DNA from: a virus
Direction: 5' to 3' (one strand)
Virus record (IMG/VR): IMGVR_UViG_3300032294_003343
Location: 105,184-169,183 of that record
DNA length: 64,000 nt
Shown one piece after another: positions 30,133 through 39,854 of the stretch (the first letter of the stretch is position 1; each line of letters begins with the position of its first letter). The notes under the pieces were generated by a model. It saw only the letters and a list, made by a program, of their open reading frames with translations. It ran no database searches and was not told the DNA's origin. A program made the position numbers and the translations under genes.

Positions 30133-30783
30133 TTAGACGCCACTAAGTTGGGTGAAGTAGAGAAGGCCAGCAGCAGAGTCATAATTGTCAACTCTACCAA
30201 CGATAACACCATGTGTTCCAACAGTCTCTAACTTAACAAGCTTACCAGCGTTTGCAACACCACCAGCAACGGTAAGAAGGTCGCCAACAGCAGGTGTCCA
30301 AGCACTAGCGCCATCTTGAGTTACAGATGTTGAAGCAACAGCTGCAAATCTATCAGTAATAAATTGTGCACCTGGGGTGTTGAAAACGCCAACACCTCTT
30401 CTTGGACCTTCATATCCTGAAGAACCTGCAGTTGGGTTTGTAACACCATTGACGTTCTCAGCTAAGAAGTCGCCAATAGCTCTCTTTGATACAACATAGA
30501 AACCATTGTTGTTTGCGACAAGTTCACCTGAAGCGTTGGTAAATGAAGAACCAACTGGATCGGCAAGAATCATAGTATTGCCAGTTCTTGCTGTATCATC
30601 AGCAGAGAATCCAACAAATTTACCTAATTGTTGTTGAAGTGTTGTAAAACCAGTTGCTGATCTGTATGCAGCTGCAACAGTTCCATCAGATTGAAGGAAA
30701 AGAGCATCGCCTGCATACCATGAAGCAGAAGCAGCTGTATTGTAGTTAGCAACTACGAGTGTGTTTAATGCACGAATAGCCAT
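30133..30783 (-). CDS. putative head decoration/cement protein
   Basis: Ala/Gly/Thr-rich 216 aa immediately upstream of the MCP; AVGDLLTV...GKL...VGRV pattern; SD AGGAG. Confidence 0.6.
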   Translation of the reverse strand: MAIRALNTLVVANYNTAASASWYAGDALFLQSDGTVAAAYRSATGFTTLQQQLGKFVGFSADDTARTGNTMILADPVGSSFTNASGELVANNNGFYVVSKRAIGDFLAENVNGVTNPTAGSSGYEGPRRGVGVFNTPGAQFITDRFAAVASTSVTQDGASAWTPAVGDLLTVAGGVANAGKLVKLETVGTHGVIVGRVDNYDSAAGLLYFTQLSGV

Positions 30784-30815
30784 TGTTTATTTCTCCTAAT
30801 TATTTGTTGAGGAAA

Positions 30816-32483
30816 TTAGTCCTCGATTATTGGCATTGTCCAGGTACCCTTAAGAGCACCTTGGATGTCAAGAGCTGCACTATTGTTGGATAAACCACCA
30901 CTTAATGCAGGAGATGTAGATACGCCTAATGTTGAAGCGGTTCTAGTACTCATTCTTTCAGCTGCAGCAGCTGCAACTCTTTCGGTTGAAGACTGTGCGG
31001 ACTTAAGTAAGAGTTTGGTTTGTCTGATCATTGAGTCAGACTTAAGACCATCATTGATCATTTGCTCTGCATATGAATCAACTTCATCGGAAGTAATAAT
31101 TCCAGCTAAAGCTAATTTTGTTGCACAGCTGTAAGAAGTTTTAATTCTTGCTACATCAACGGAAGATTTCTTGAGTTCATTAACAGTTTGGTATGCACTA
31201 TCCAATTCTACTTGAGTGTCGTTAATCTTCTTTTGAGTATTGACGTGTTGTCTTGTGTCAACATTTTGTGCTTCAACTTCTTTGTCTTTGGACTCAGCGT
31301 TTGTTGGGCAATCCTTGTTAGCACATCTAGTGTTTGGATCTTCCATAGCTGCCTCAGACATTCTCATTGATGTACCACATGAAGTACATTCAACGTCATG
31401 CTCTGCGGAAGCACCAACTGTTCTAGTGGTCTTGTGTGGCATAGAAGGCATTTGAGTTGGGATGCTAGGTTGATCAGCATCTTCAAGTCCTTCAGATGGG
31501 GTTTCTAAATGATCCCAATCTACAGTGTATTCTAATGAACCATCACCTGAACCGTCAAATTTACCTGGCTTTGTGACTGATGGAAATTGTAATGAATCAG
31601 GGTTCATGGTAGGAACTCTTTGATCGGCCCAAGTTGGGTTTTGTTCCTTAAGTGAATTTCCCTCACTACCTTCCATAGTCATAGAAGGATATTCAATTTC
31701 ACCCTTCATATCAACCATATCTTCGTTATACTTAAATGAGGCTGACGCTGGATAAGTCTCTTCTTCTGAAGCAATCTTCATGAGAATTTCTTCTCTTTCG
31801 GCTCTTCTTAAGAGAGCTTCTCTCTGTGCTTTGCGCTCAGCCAATGCTTGTTTAGTCATTGATCTAACCTCGTTGCTGTTTTTCATAAATTGTGTTTCAT
31901 TGTCTTCGTCATCATCTGACTCATCTTCTGAATCCATATCATCTTCATCATCATTAAAATGGGTGATATCTTCATCATCATCTTCGTCAGAATCATCATC
32001 TCCGCCAAGAAGATTATCTAGCGCCTCTTGCACAGCTTTTTGTGCTTGGTCAACCATATCAGCGGGAACTTCAATTTCAAAAGTGGCGACATCATCACTA
32101 TCTTCTACTTCGTCTTCGTCTTCCATATCTTCATCAGACATGTCATCGTCATCTACATCTTCTGAATCTTCATCACTCATAAAGTGATGAAATTCAACAT
32201 CGTCTTCATCATCTTCAGATTCATCGTTTGCGAAGTCAACAGTCTCTTTGCCATGATCAAGGTCTAAATTTGAAACATCAAGACCAGCTTGTCTAGCAAT
32301 GTTAGGGAGATACTTTGCTCTGATTGCTTTTGCGACAACAACAGCTTCATTGGCATCCAAAGACGCTGTCTTTTCCATGTCGGAAGCGCAGTTCATAAGA
32401 TCTTCCTTATCAGTTGCATTGATTTCAGCTAATCTCATTGCTGCAAATCTTTCCTGATTGGCTTTATTCGAATTTTTATTCAT
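30816..32483 (-). CDS. putative capsid scaffold/core protein
   Basis: very long D/E-rich tracts, coiled coils, CxxC...C..C; lies between protease and MCP; start moved to MNKNS with SD AGGGA. Confidence 0.6.
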   Translation of the reverse strand: MNKNSNKANQERFAAMRLAEINATDKEDLMNCASDMEKTASLDANEAVVVAKAIRAKYLPNIARQAGLDVSNLDLDHGKETVDFANDESEDDEDDVEFHHFMSDEDSEDVDDDDMSDEDMEDEDEVEDSDDVATFEIEVPADMVDQAQKAVQEALDNLLGGDDDSDEDDDEDITHFNDDEDDMDSEDESDDDEDNETQFMKNSNEVRSMTKQALAERKAQREALLRRAEREEILMKIASEEETYPASASFKYNEDMVDMKGEIEYPSMTMEGSEGNSLKEQNPTWADQRVPTMNPDSLQFPSVTKPGKFDGSGDGSLEYTVDWDHLETPSEGLEDADQPSIPTQMPSMPHKTTRTVGASAEHDVECTSCGTSMRMSEAAMEDPNTRCANKDCPTNAESKDKEVEAQNVDTRQHVNTQKKINDTQVELDSAYQTVNELKKSSVDVARIKTSYSCATKLALAGIITSDEVDSYAEQMINDGLKSDSMIRQTKLLLKSAQSSTERVAAAAAERMSTRTASTLGVSTSPALSGGLSNNSAALDIQGALKGTWTMPIIED

Positions 32484-32563
32484 TTTTATGCTGCTTCCCT
32501 TAATAAAAATAAAATCTTTTATCAAAGAATCTATAAATTAGTTATTTATAAACTTTTTTTTAA

Positions 32564-32589
32564 CTTCTAGATAAGTTGTTTTTACACCT
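32564..32589 (-). promoter_or_regulatory. putative late promoter AGGT-N18-GAAG
   Basis: same motif and exact spacing found upstream of four head-module genes. Confidence 0.6.
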
Positions 32590-32598
32590 TTTTTAAAG

Positions 32599-32631
32599 AA
32601 AATAGTGGAGGAGTAAATCCCCCACTATTTT
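32599..32631 (-). terminator. intrinsic terminator after the protease gene
   Basis: AAAATAGTGGGGGA-TTTAC-TCCTCCACTATTTT (one G.U pair) followed by T-rich sequence. Confidence 0.75.
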
Positions 32632-32637
32632 TATTTA

Positions 32638-35600
32638 TTAATCTATCCAAGTAATGGATACATCGAGTTTTGATGGATCTTTCTTGGAAGCTTGTACAGT
32701 TGTTCTTGAATAATTTCCACACTTGTAGCAGAATGTATTATTCTTGACTTTATGTGCTTCTCTATCTCCACATGAAGGGCAAACCATACCCACTGGAAGC
32801 ATTGATTCTGCTGTTCTGTCAAAAGACGGTAATGCAGTCTTCAAGTAGATATCTGAATCAACTGTAGCTGATAATCTGACCATTGTTTTGATAGTGTCTG
32901 CAACAGGTCCCATACCAGGTGCAGCTGGGTTAGCAGCTGGCATTTCTGTTGGTGCAGTTGCAGCACCTAATCCAGTATCAGGTCCAAGACCAAGTGGTTC
33001 TTCTTCTGGTGAAGATTTGCCCTTATCACCCATTGAAATTAATTCAAGGGATTGCATAATCTTGTAAGTAGTGCCACAGCTTTGACAATCTGCATTTGAT
33101 TCAGAGATGTTTACATCGTCGGAACCACAAACTGGACAAACTGAACCCCATGGTTTCTTTTCACCTGGTTCTGAAATTGCATCCATATCACCAGATTCAT
33201 TCATATCAGATCCACCAGTAAGTGAAGAAATACCTAAATCACCACCAGCAGGTGCACCACCACCCAAACCTGGATCAACTGGACCAGCTGCAGGGCCTTG
33301 AGGAGCTTGAGCACCACCAGCAGGAGCTCCCATGCCTGGTGCAATTTGTGCATATTTAGCTAAAATATTGTCTCTTCTGGCTTTTCTAGCTAATCTAGCA
33401 CCTTCAGTCATTATTACTGGCATTTCCATGCTATCTTCAGCATTCATTTCGGCATCTACATCATCAGTCTTGAATGTTTTTGAAGATGCAGTAGAAACAG
33501 TTGCAGTAACATCGCCGTTTTCAGATACAATCAAGTCTGTGAATGAGAATGTACCTGGATCAACTTGGAATCCATGACCTTGAAGAACTTCAATTGCTTT
33601 TTGCTTGAATGATTCATCAAAATTGCTATCACTTGGTTGTACGCCATCTAAATCTTCAGCTCTGCACATAAATCTAATGCAGTCAGATTTGCTTTGAGTA
33701 ACTGTCATACCAGCTGTTCTTTCAGAAGCTAAAACAGCCTTGGCTACTAACTTTTCTGCAACTTCGAATTCTTCACAAAGTCTCTTTGCAGCTTTAGCAA
33801 TTCTTCTTGTGCTGATACCAAAGTTTGTTGAATAATCTGCCAACCAACCAATGACATTTTCAGAAATATTCTTTGTGGATGCAGTTTTTACACCCCAGAA
33901 TTCTCTTCTTGCTCTAGCTCTCAATCTGCCATCAGTTGCAGTAGCTGTCTTTGCTCTATCAATAGCTGCCATCAATTGTTTTTCTGGCATTGCTTCAACA
34001 GAATCAACAACTTCATCAGGAGTTGTTCCAGTTTCTTTTGATGACATTGCCATTGCAGAAATTGCAGACTTAAGGTCTTCCTTTGAAATTAGATCAGCAT
34101 CAGCATCTACAGCTGACATGAGTGCAGACTTAAGTTCTTCTGATTTTGAAGGGGTTGTATCAACATCTAAACCTTCTGTAGGAACATTTGCTTGACCCAT
34201 GAGAAGCTCTGCAATTCTTGAAACGCCTTCTTTAGTCATTTCACCTTCTTCAACTGCAACTGAAAGAGCATCAGCAAGATCCATAGCAGTAATCTCAGAA
34301 GTAACAGCAGCACCTAATTGCTTAATAACAGCAGAAACTGAATTTTCTGGTTCAGCACTACCACCAAAGAATTCTGCTTTTTCTGCTTTGTCTGCTTCCA
34401 TGTCTGTTCCAGCAGCAGCAGTGCCAATCATTTCAGGAAGCATTGGTTCTTCAGCTAAAGTTTGTGCAACACGAATGATAGTTTTAGGTGTTTCAAGTGA
34501 AGAAATTACAGCCTTGCCTAACGCAGTGATTGTGGCTGTCATAATTTCAGTAGCACTTGCAGAACCTTCAGCACGATGGTTTGATAATTGCTTTTCTAAA
34601 ACTTCAGTTGGGACACCATGAGTAACTTCATCAACAAGTTGTGTTAAGGATTTACGGACTTCGTCATCTTTTACTCTTCTTCCATAAAGACCAGCATCTC
34701 CAAGAAGAATTTCTGTTACAGCGTCTTGGCTTGCACCAGTTTGCTTTGATTGTAATTGTTTTTCTTTGACTTCATTCACAAAACCAGTATTTTTGGACTT
34801 AATGCCATCGACTAAATTATCATACGATTCACCGCTTCTAACTTCGTCAAGCTGTCTTTCTCTATCGTCAAGTCTTTCTTTGACATCAAGCAAAGCAGTC
34901 TTGACAAATTGTGAATAATCCTTGAGCAATTCAGCAGCAACTCTTGTCCCTTGTCCATTTTCCATCAAACCAAGTTGATTTTCATTTAGGATAGGTTCCC
35001 AAGCAGTTCTTTTTCCATTTGTGTAACCTGTGATTGAACCATCAGTAGAAAGAACAACTCTATTACCTGCATTGTCCTCGACTTTAAAATCGATTGTAAC
35101 TGCAGCAGCAAGTTTTTTTCTTTGCTCTGATGCAATCTTTGCAAAGTGATCCATTTGATTTCTGCTCCCCGCCACGAAAGGCGTATTTGTTTTTATATTT
35201 TTGCTTCTTTCATTAGCAATTCTAATGACATTATCAATACTTTTTTGAGTTTGAGCATCATTATTTAAATTAAGTTTCAAACTTAAAATACTTTTTGTCA
35301 AATTCAAAATTTTATTGGAAGATGAACCGTTTTGAGCGCTAGCAAAAACTTCTCTTTTACCATCTCTTGAAGCCCATACCAAATTGTGAATGCTAGAGGC
35401 TAATGCAACACCGCCTCCAACTTGGGTACCTTGATCTCCAGAATAAGTAAGGTCCATTACTTTTCCTACAGATTCAGTTGGTGCATAATTTGCCAGACCA
35501 ATATTGGCATTCATAGGAGAAGCTTGTGCAGCTTGTCCTTGTTGCATACTTTGAGGTTGATTGATTTGTTGAGGTCTTTGGCCAGAACCAACGTCAATTC

Positions 35601-36789
35601 CATCATCAATCATGTCCTGCATAGTTGATTGAAGTTCAGCCATAGATTTGGTTACTTTACCTACATGACCTAAATCAACATTATCTTTTCTAGCAAACAT
35701 ATTCATCACTGCAACTTCCAAGAAGTTTAATGATAAGTTGATTAAATCTAGGATGTTCAACCCAGCAGCAGGATCAATTCCTAAAGCCGTCAAAACTGCT
35801 TGAACAGTTGAATTTTGATTAGCCCCAGCCCCAGCCAATAAAGGGCCACCTACAAGAGTTCCAGCTTGTTGAGCAAGTCTTATTGCAGTTTTAGCTGTAG
35901 AATTAGCTACTCTTAAACAATTCTCGTATTCTGATCTTGCAGAAGATTCTTGTGGAGATCCTTGTAATGCTAGTACGATATTTGCAGAAAGCTCATTTGC
36001 TTTCTTTTCCAAATTCATTGCTGCATCTAAAACATCATCAACATCATAAATTTCTTGAATTTCACAAGATTCAAAAGCACCATCACCAACGCAGCTTAAC
36101 TCAATAAACTTAACGCCATAGTTCTTTTCGTATGCTTTTTTGCCAGATTCAGGATAAATTTTGCCTTTATACTTCTTGAGGTGATCACAATAATCTCTCT
36201 CTGTGTATGCTTTATTGCCACAAATTGAACAAACACCCCATTCAACACTAGCACCCATTGAAACATCGTGAATTACACCAGTACGTATGTTTCTTGCAAT
36301 ATCAGGATAAGCTTCTTCATCTACAAAGAAAGTACAGTAAACACAATCTTCTTCTTCATCCCATTCAGCATAAACAACCATTCCTTTGGCTTGTTCAATA
36401 TCATCATTCTTATGGTTTGTGTAAATTGGCACACCTTCGAATGTTTTATATGATGGGATTTTCTTGCCCTTAATCTCAACTTCTTTGAGTAATTCTTCTT
36501 TAGAAAACAAGTCACCATTAGCATTTACAACATCTGCGTCGATTGCTCTGGCTCTAACCCATAAAAGCTTTGCACCTTTACGAGCTTGCATTTCCTTAAC
36601 AATGTCGAAATCTTTGTATTTTTCTAGGACTTCTTTTGGATCAGCGTAGAGAGATTGAAGACCAATTTTTGCAGCTTCTCTCATATTAGATGAAGCAGTC
36701 TTAATAATATAATCTCTAGCTATATTTCGGTCATTTTCGTTGAGAAAACTATTAATTGTAATAGCTCCTCCTTTTGCAACCTTGTACAT
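32638..36789 (-). CDS. giant prohead (maturation) protease fused to long scaffold/core-like and Zn-ribbon regions
   Basis: N-terminal NANGD...YTNH...VSMG-CSICG..CDH...FIELSCVGDGA HK97-type protease with Zn insert; C-terminal CPVC..CQSC and CPSC..CYKC; start MYKVA with SD GAGGA. Confidence 0.75.
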   Translation of the reverse strand: MYKVAKGGAITINSFLNENDRNIARDYIIKTASSNMREAAKIGLQSLYADPKEVLEKYKDFDIVKEMQARKGAKLLWVRARAIDADVVNANGDLFSKEELLKEVEIKGKKIPSYKTFEGVPIYTNHKNDDIEQAKGMVVYAEWDEEEDCVYCTFFVDEEAYPDIARNIRTGVIHDVSMGASVEWGVCSICGNKAYTERDYCDHLKKYKGKIYPESGKKAYEKNYGVKFIELSCVGDGAFESCEIQEIYDVDDVLDAAMNLEKKANELSANIVLALQGSPQESSARSEYENCLRVANSTAKTAIRLAQQAGTLVGGPLLAGAGANQNSTVQAVLTALGIDPAAGLNILDLINLSLNFLEVAVMNMFARKDNVDLGHVGKVTKSMAELQSTMQDMIDDGIDVGSGQRPQQINQPQSMQQGQAAQASPMNANIGLANYAPTESVGKVMDLTYSGDQGTQVGGGVALASSIHNLVWASRDGKREVFASAQNGSSSNKILNLTKSILSLKLNLNNDAQTQKSIDNVIRIANERSKNIKTNTPFVAGSRNQMDHFAKIASEQRKKLAAAVTIDFKVEDNAGNRVVLSTDGSITGYTNGKRTAWEPILNENQLGLMENGQGTRVAAELLKDYSQFVKTALLDVKERLDDRERQLDEVRSGESYDNLVDGIKSKNTGFVNEVKEKQLQSKQTGASQDAVTEILLGDAGLYGRRVKDDEVRKSLTQLVDEVTHGVPTEVLEKQLSNHRAEGSASATEIMTATITALGKAVISSLETPKTIIRVAQTLAEEPMLPEMIGTAAAGTDMEADKAEKAEFFGGSAEPENSVSAVIKQLGAAVTSEITAMDLADALSVAVEEGEMTKEGVSRIAELLMGQANVPTEGLDVDTTPSKSEELKSALMSAVDADADLISKEDLKSAISAMAMSSKETGTTPDEVVDSVEAMPEKQLMAAIDRAKTATATDGRLRARARREFWGVKTASTKNISENVIGWLADYSTNFGISTRRIAKAAKRLCEEFEVAEKLVAKAVLASERTAGMTVTQSKSDCIRFMCRAEDLDGVQPSDSNFDESFKQKAIEVLQGHGFQVDPGTFSFTDLIVSENGDVTATVSTASSKTFKTDDVDAEMNAEDSMEMPVIMTEGARLARKARRDNILAKYAQIAPGMGAPAGGAQAPQGPAAGPVDPGLGGGAPAGGDLGISSLTGGSDMNESGDMDAISEPGEKKPWGSVCPVCGSDDVNISESNADCQSCGTTYKIMQSLELISMGDKGKSSPEEEPLGLGPDTGLGAATAPTEMPAANPAAPGMGPVADTIKTMVRLSATVDSDIYLKTALPSFDRTAESMLPVGMVCPSCGDREAHKVKNNTFCYKCGNYSRTTVQASKKDPSKLDVSITWID

Positions 36790-36828
36790 ATATTCAATCC
36801 TCAAAAAATAAAGTTATCAATAGGATTT

Positions 36829-36854
36829 GTTCTATTTTCAACATATAAAAACCT
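36829..36854 (-). promoter_or_regulatory. putative late promoter AGGT-N18-GAAC
   Basis: upstream of the protease gene; exact 18-nt spacer. Confidence 0.6.
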
Positions 36855-36862
36855 GTAAAATT

Positions 36863-36888
36863 TAAACCCGTCGATTTCGACGGGTTTA
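36863..36888 (-). terminator. hairpin, probable terminator after the portal gene
   Basis: perfect inverted repeat TAAACCCGTCGA-TT-TCGACGGGTTTA. Confidence 0.65.
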
Positions 36889-36914
36889 TTGTACAGTGAC
36901 AAACTATTCTTCAA

Positions 36915-39287
36915 TTACAAATATTCCGAATTACCCTCACCCATACCTGTTCGTTTTTTGATTGCTTTGATCAAAACATTTAGACAATCTTGAGGATGAT
37001 CATTGATTTCTTTGTCTGTAAATCTAACAATAATCCATCCATTTGCAGCTAATTCTGAATCTCTTCGTTTATCTTTTGCAATTTTATCTGGATTGTTATG
37101 CCAAATTTCTCCATCTGCTTCAATACCAATTTTAAGATTTGGAATTGCAGCATCTAATTGATAATCCATTGTAGGCCCAGCAGAATATTGAGCATAAAGA
37201 GGAAATGGCATATTTAATGACATTGTTAAACCATATAGTTTCTTCTCTAAACTAGTAAACATTTTTGGTTGTTGGGAAACATCTATTTTCTTTTTAGCAT
37301 ATCTTTTGATAGATTCATTCTCATTTGATGCAAATTGATATATCTCTTCCAAAGCATAATTATTCAATGGATGAGAATTATCTCCTCCACAGAGAGGGGT
37401 TTGCAATGATCCAAACAAACCATCATATTCACTTGGGAGTGGCCCAAGAGATCCTCTTCCTGTTACTGGGGTCAAAGACATCAAGAAGCCTTCATGAGCA
37501 GCAGACTTTATTCTTTTACTTGCAGTTCTGACACCTGAATTTTTAGCATTAATTCTTTCATCATAAATTTCGTTTATTAAATTACTAGCTAATTTGTAAT
37601 TTTTTGTCATAACTGAAGCTGTTGGAGCTGGTGCACCACCGGGTGCAGGAGCTGCAGGAGGAGCTCCAACAGGAGGCGGAGGAGCCCCACCAACTGCTAA
37701 ATCTGCTGGGGGAGGAGCTCCCATACCACCAGATGCATCTGGTGCTCCAGCACCAAATCCCTGCCCTGTCACTCCTCCACTTTGAAAACTCAATGAAATA
37801 TTGGGAGTTCCAAATGATTGATCATTGACAAAGTTTGCTCCCTGTTCAAATCTCAATCTTTCAATTTCTTGATCAGAATCTAATCCAAATGCTTCAATGA
37901 GAGAAACATTTGAAATCACACCGTTTTGGTTTGCAGTTACAAGCATTTGAAGCTTGCCAGTATCATCACGTAATTGAAGATCATCAAATTTGATTTTAGG
38001 ATAAACTAATTCATCCTGACCTCTTTCGCCTTCAATTACAAAACCATTCCATTTTGCAACTGGCATGAAAACATTTTGTTCAATCCAGTGTGCAACTTCT
38101 CTTCTAAAAGTCTCTAATCTTTGAGCCATTGCAAGAAGACCAACTTGAGCATTACCATAAGTTGGACCCTCGCCATTCAATAGAGCTTTATTGAGCATGA
38201 CACCATCTAAAATTTCTTGTTCAATTAATTCAAATTCACCAGTAAGAGGATGAATTTTGCCCGTAGCTCCGTACCATTCAAGATCAAAATTATGGTGAGT
38301 TACAAGAGTTAAGTTTGGATCATTAGCAATAGAAGCTAACTCATCTTGAACATTGTCAATATCTTCTTGTGATGCTGGTCTTGTATCACTACCAATTTTT
38401 ACAACCTTAATAGGCAAAATAAGACGTTCAGCAATCATATATTGAGCTTGACGTAATTTATCCTTGTAAGTCAAGATTGGAAACAACGGTCTGATCATGG
38501 AAATTCCATAATCTTCCCAAGGGTTTGAGCCATACTTAAAATGATGAATAGAAATAGGATTAAGCTTGATAGGATTTCCTTGCATAATCATCTTTTTTAT
38601 ATCATCAGGAATTTTGTCATAGACTTCCTTAGGATGTCTTTCATTTACAATTCTAATTTCTTCTGCAGATGGTCTGTAAGCATAACTACCTGGTTGATCA
38701 ATCATGCCTGGACTTTTAATTACAGAGTCTGGATTTAAAATCGAAATTGATTTCCAGGTAGCTCCATCATGTTCACACTCTTTATTTTTGTCATCATCCC
38801 AATTTGAACCGTGGCAGTGAGGACAATCAAGAGAAAGCAAAACAAATGAATCACCTAACAAGTGATATGTTTTGGAAATTTCAGGAAGCCATTTTTGAAA
38901 ATTGAGAGATTCTACTAACTTTTCAAAATAGTCTTTCACGTAAGAAGAAGAACATTCTAGCTTCCAGCCAGAAAATGGATAGTTGGTGTAAAAATTGACA
39001 GCTGCAGCAATTTTTGGTTCGTTATTTCTCCACCAGTTAGCCCAAAGATAAACTTCACGACGAGCATTTGGGATTTGAAAAGATGATGGAGTTAAAAAAG
39101 GCGAATAGAAATTTGGAGATGTAGTTACTGTGTTTACACTAGCAGTTCTTGTAACACTGGGTCCTAAACCTAGACCAATTCTACTGCTTGCATAATTTCT
39201 ATCTACAGTTGATGAAGTTGTGGGTGCTCCTGATACTTGTGTTGCTGCTGTTCTGATAGCAGAAGCCAATGATGTTCTATTTGCCAT
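36915..39287 (-). CDS. portal protein with C-terminal DUF559/Vsr-like PD-(D/E)XK nuclease domain
   Basis: portal-like core (LLGDSFV, IHHFKYGSNPWEDYGISMI, PKIKFDDLQLRD), Pro/Ala/Gly linker, then LDAAIP...IEADGEIWH...DKRRD...GWIIVRF. Confidence 0.75.
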   Translation of the reverse strand: MANRTSLASAIRTAATQVSGAPTTSSTVDRNYASSRIGLGLGPSVTRTASVNTVTTSPNFYSPFLTPSSFQIPNARREVYLWANWWRNNEPKIAAAVNFYTNYPFSGWKLECSSSYVKDYFEKLVESLNFQKWLPEISKTYHLLGDSFVLLSLDCPHCHGSNWDDDKNKECEHDGATWKSISILNPDSVIKSPGMIDQPGSYAYRPSAEEIRIVNERHPKEVYDKIPDDIKKMIMQGNPIKLNPISIHHFKYGSNPWEDYGISMIRPLFPILTYKDKLRQAQYMIAERLILPIKVVKIGSDTRPASQEDIDNVQDELASIANDPNLTLVTHHNFDLEWYGATGKIHPLTGEFELIEQEILDGVMLNKALLNGEGPTYGNAQVGLLAMAQRLETFRREVAHWIEQNVFMPVAKWNGFVIEGERGQDELVYPKIKFDDLQLRDDTGKLQMLVTANQNGVISNVSLIEAFGLDSDQEIERLRFEQGANFVNDQSFGTPNISLSFQSGGVTGQGFGAGAPDASGGMGAPPPADLAVGGAPPPPVGAPPAAPAPGGAPAPTASVMTKNYKLASNLINEIYDERINAKNSGVRTASKRIKSAAHEGFLMSLTPVTGRGSLGPLPSEYDGLFGSLQTPLCGGDNSHPLNNYALEEIYQFASNENESIKRYAKKKIDVSQQPKMFTSLEKKLYGLTMSLNMPFPLYAQYSAGPTMDYQLDAAIPNLKIGIEADGEIWHNNPDKIAKDKRRDSELAANGWIIVRFTDKEINDHPQDCLNVLIKAIKKRTGMGEGNSEYL

Positions 39288-39320
39288 AACATATATTATA
39301 CCGTTCTATAAATTGAGAAC

Positions 39321-39854
39321 TTAGTACCAAGTTTGATTGGAAGGTTTGTTTCCGAAAAGAATAGGATCTTGTTTGCCTTTAAGTGCTTGATAGTATCCTT
39401 CACCATTCTTAAAATGTTGAAAACTATTACCTCTTTCTGTTGAAGCCATACTTTGAGGATCTCTATTGTTATTTTGTTGTCTAGATCCTTCTAATTGATC
39501 TTCAATAGTAGTATTTTCTGGCGCTTCATGATAAGGTGAATGTCTACGAGCTTCATTTGCTGCTGATTGTGGAGACTTGATAAAGTTTCCAGTATTATCC
39601 ATAGTCATTCTATGAGGTCTTTCAACAAGTAAATCCCAAATTTCTTTTTGTTGCACTTGATTCATACTGTAATATTCATCAAGAGTTTTGCCCATTTTTT
39701 CAAGAATGCCTGATAATTCGTCATATAATCCAGCAGGTTGATTATCTACATCTCTAATCTTATCAATCTCAGAAGGATTTTTAGTGTCAAATTTCTCTAT
39801 TCCCTCTAAATTGACTCCACCACCAATTTGAGATAAAACTTGCTTATACCACAT
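39321..39854 (-). CDS. hypothetical head/core protein with MWY leader
   Basis: ATG at 39854 (MWYKQVLSQ) overlaps the upstream stop; contains TIEDQLEGSR repeat. Confidence 0.6.
   Translation of the reverse strand: MWYKQVLSQIGGGVNLEGIEKFDTKNPSEIDKIRDVDNQPAGLYDELSGILEKMGKTLDEYYSMNQVQQKEIWDLLVERPHRMTMDNTGNFIKSPQSAANEARRHSPYHEAPENTTIEDQLEGSRQQNNNRDPQSMASTERGNSFQHFKNGEGYYQALKGKQDPILFGNKPSNQTWY

Noticed and set aside
31900-32230. CRISPR-like or DNA repeat array
   Set aside because: TCA/TCT triplet low complexity encoding Asp/Glu tracts; no repeat-spacer structure
29365-36649. Numerous 60-150 aa plus-strand ORFs opposite the head genes
   Set aside because: Ser/Ala-rich antisense shadows of biased codon usage, with no SD or recognisable motifs
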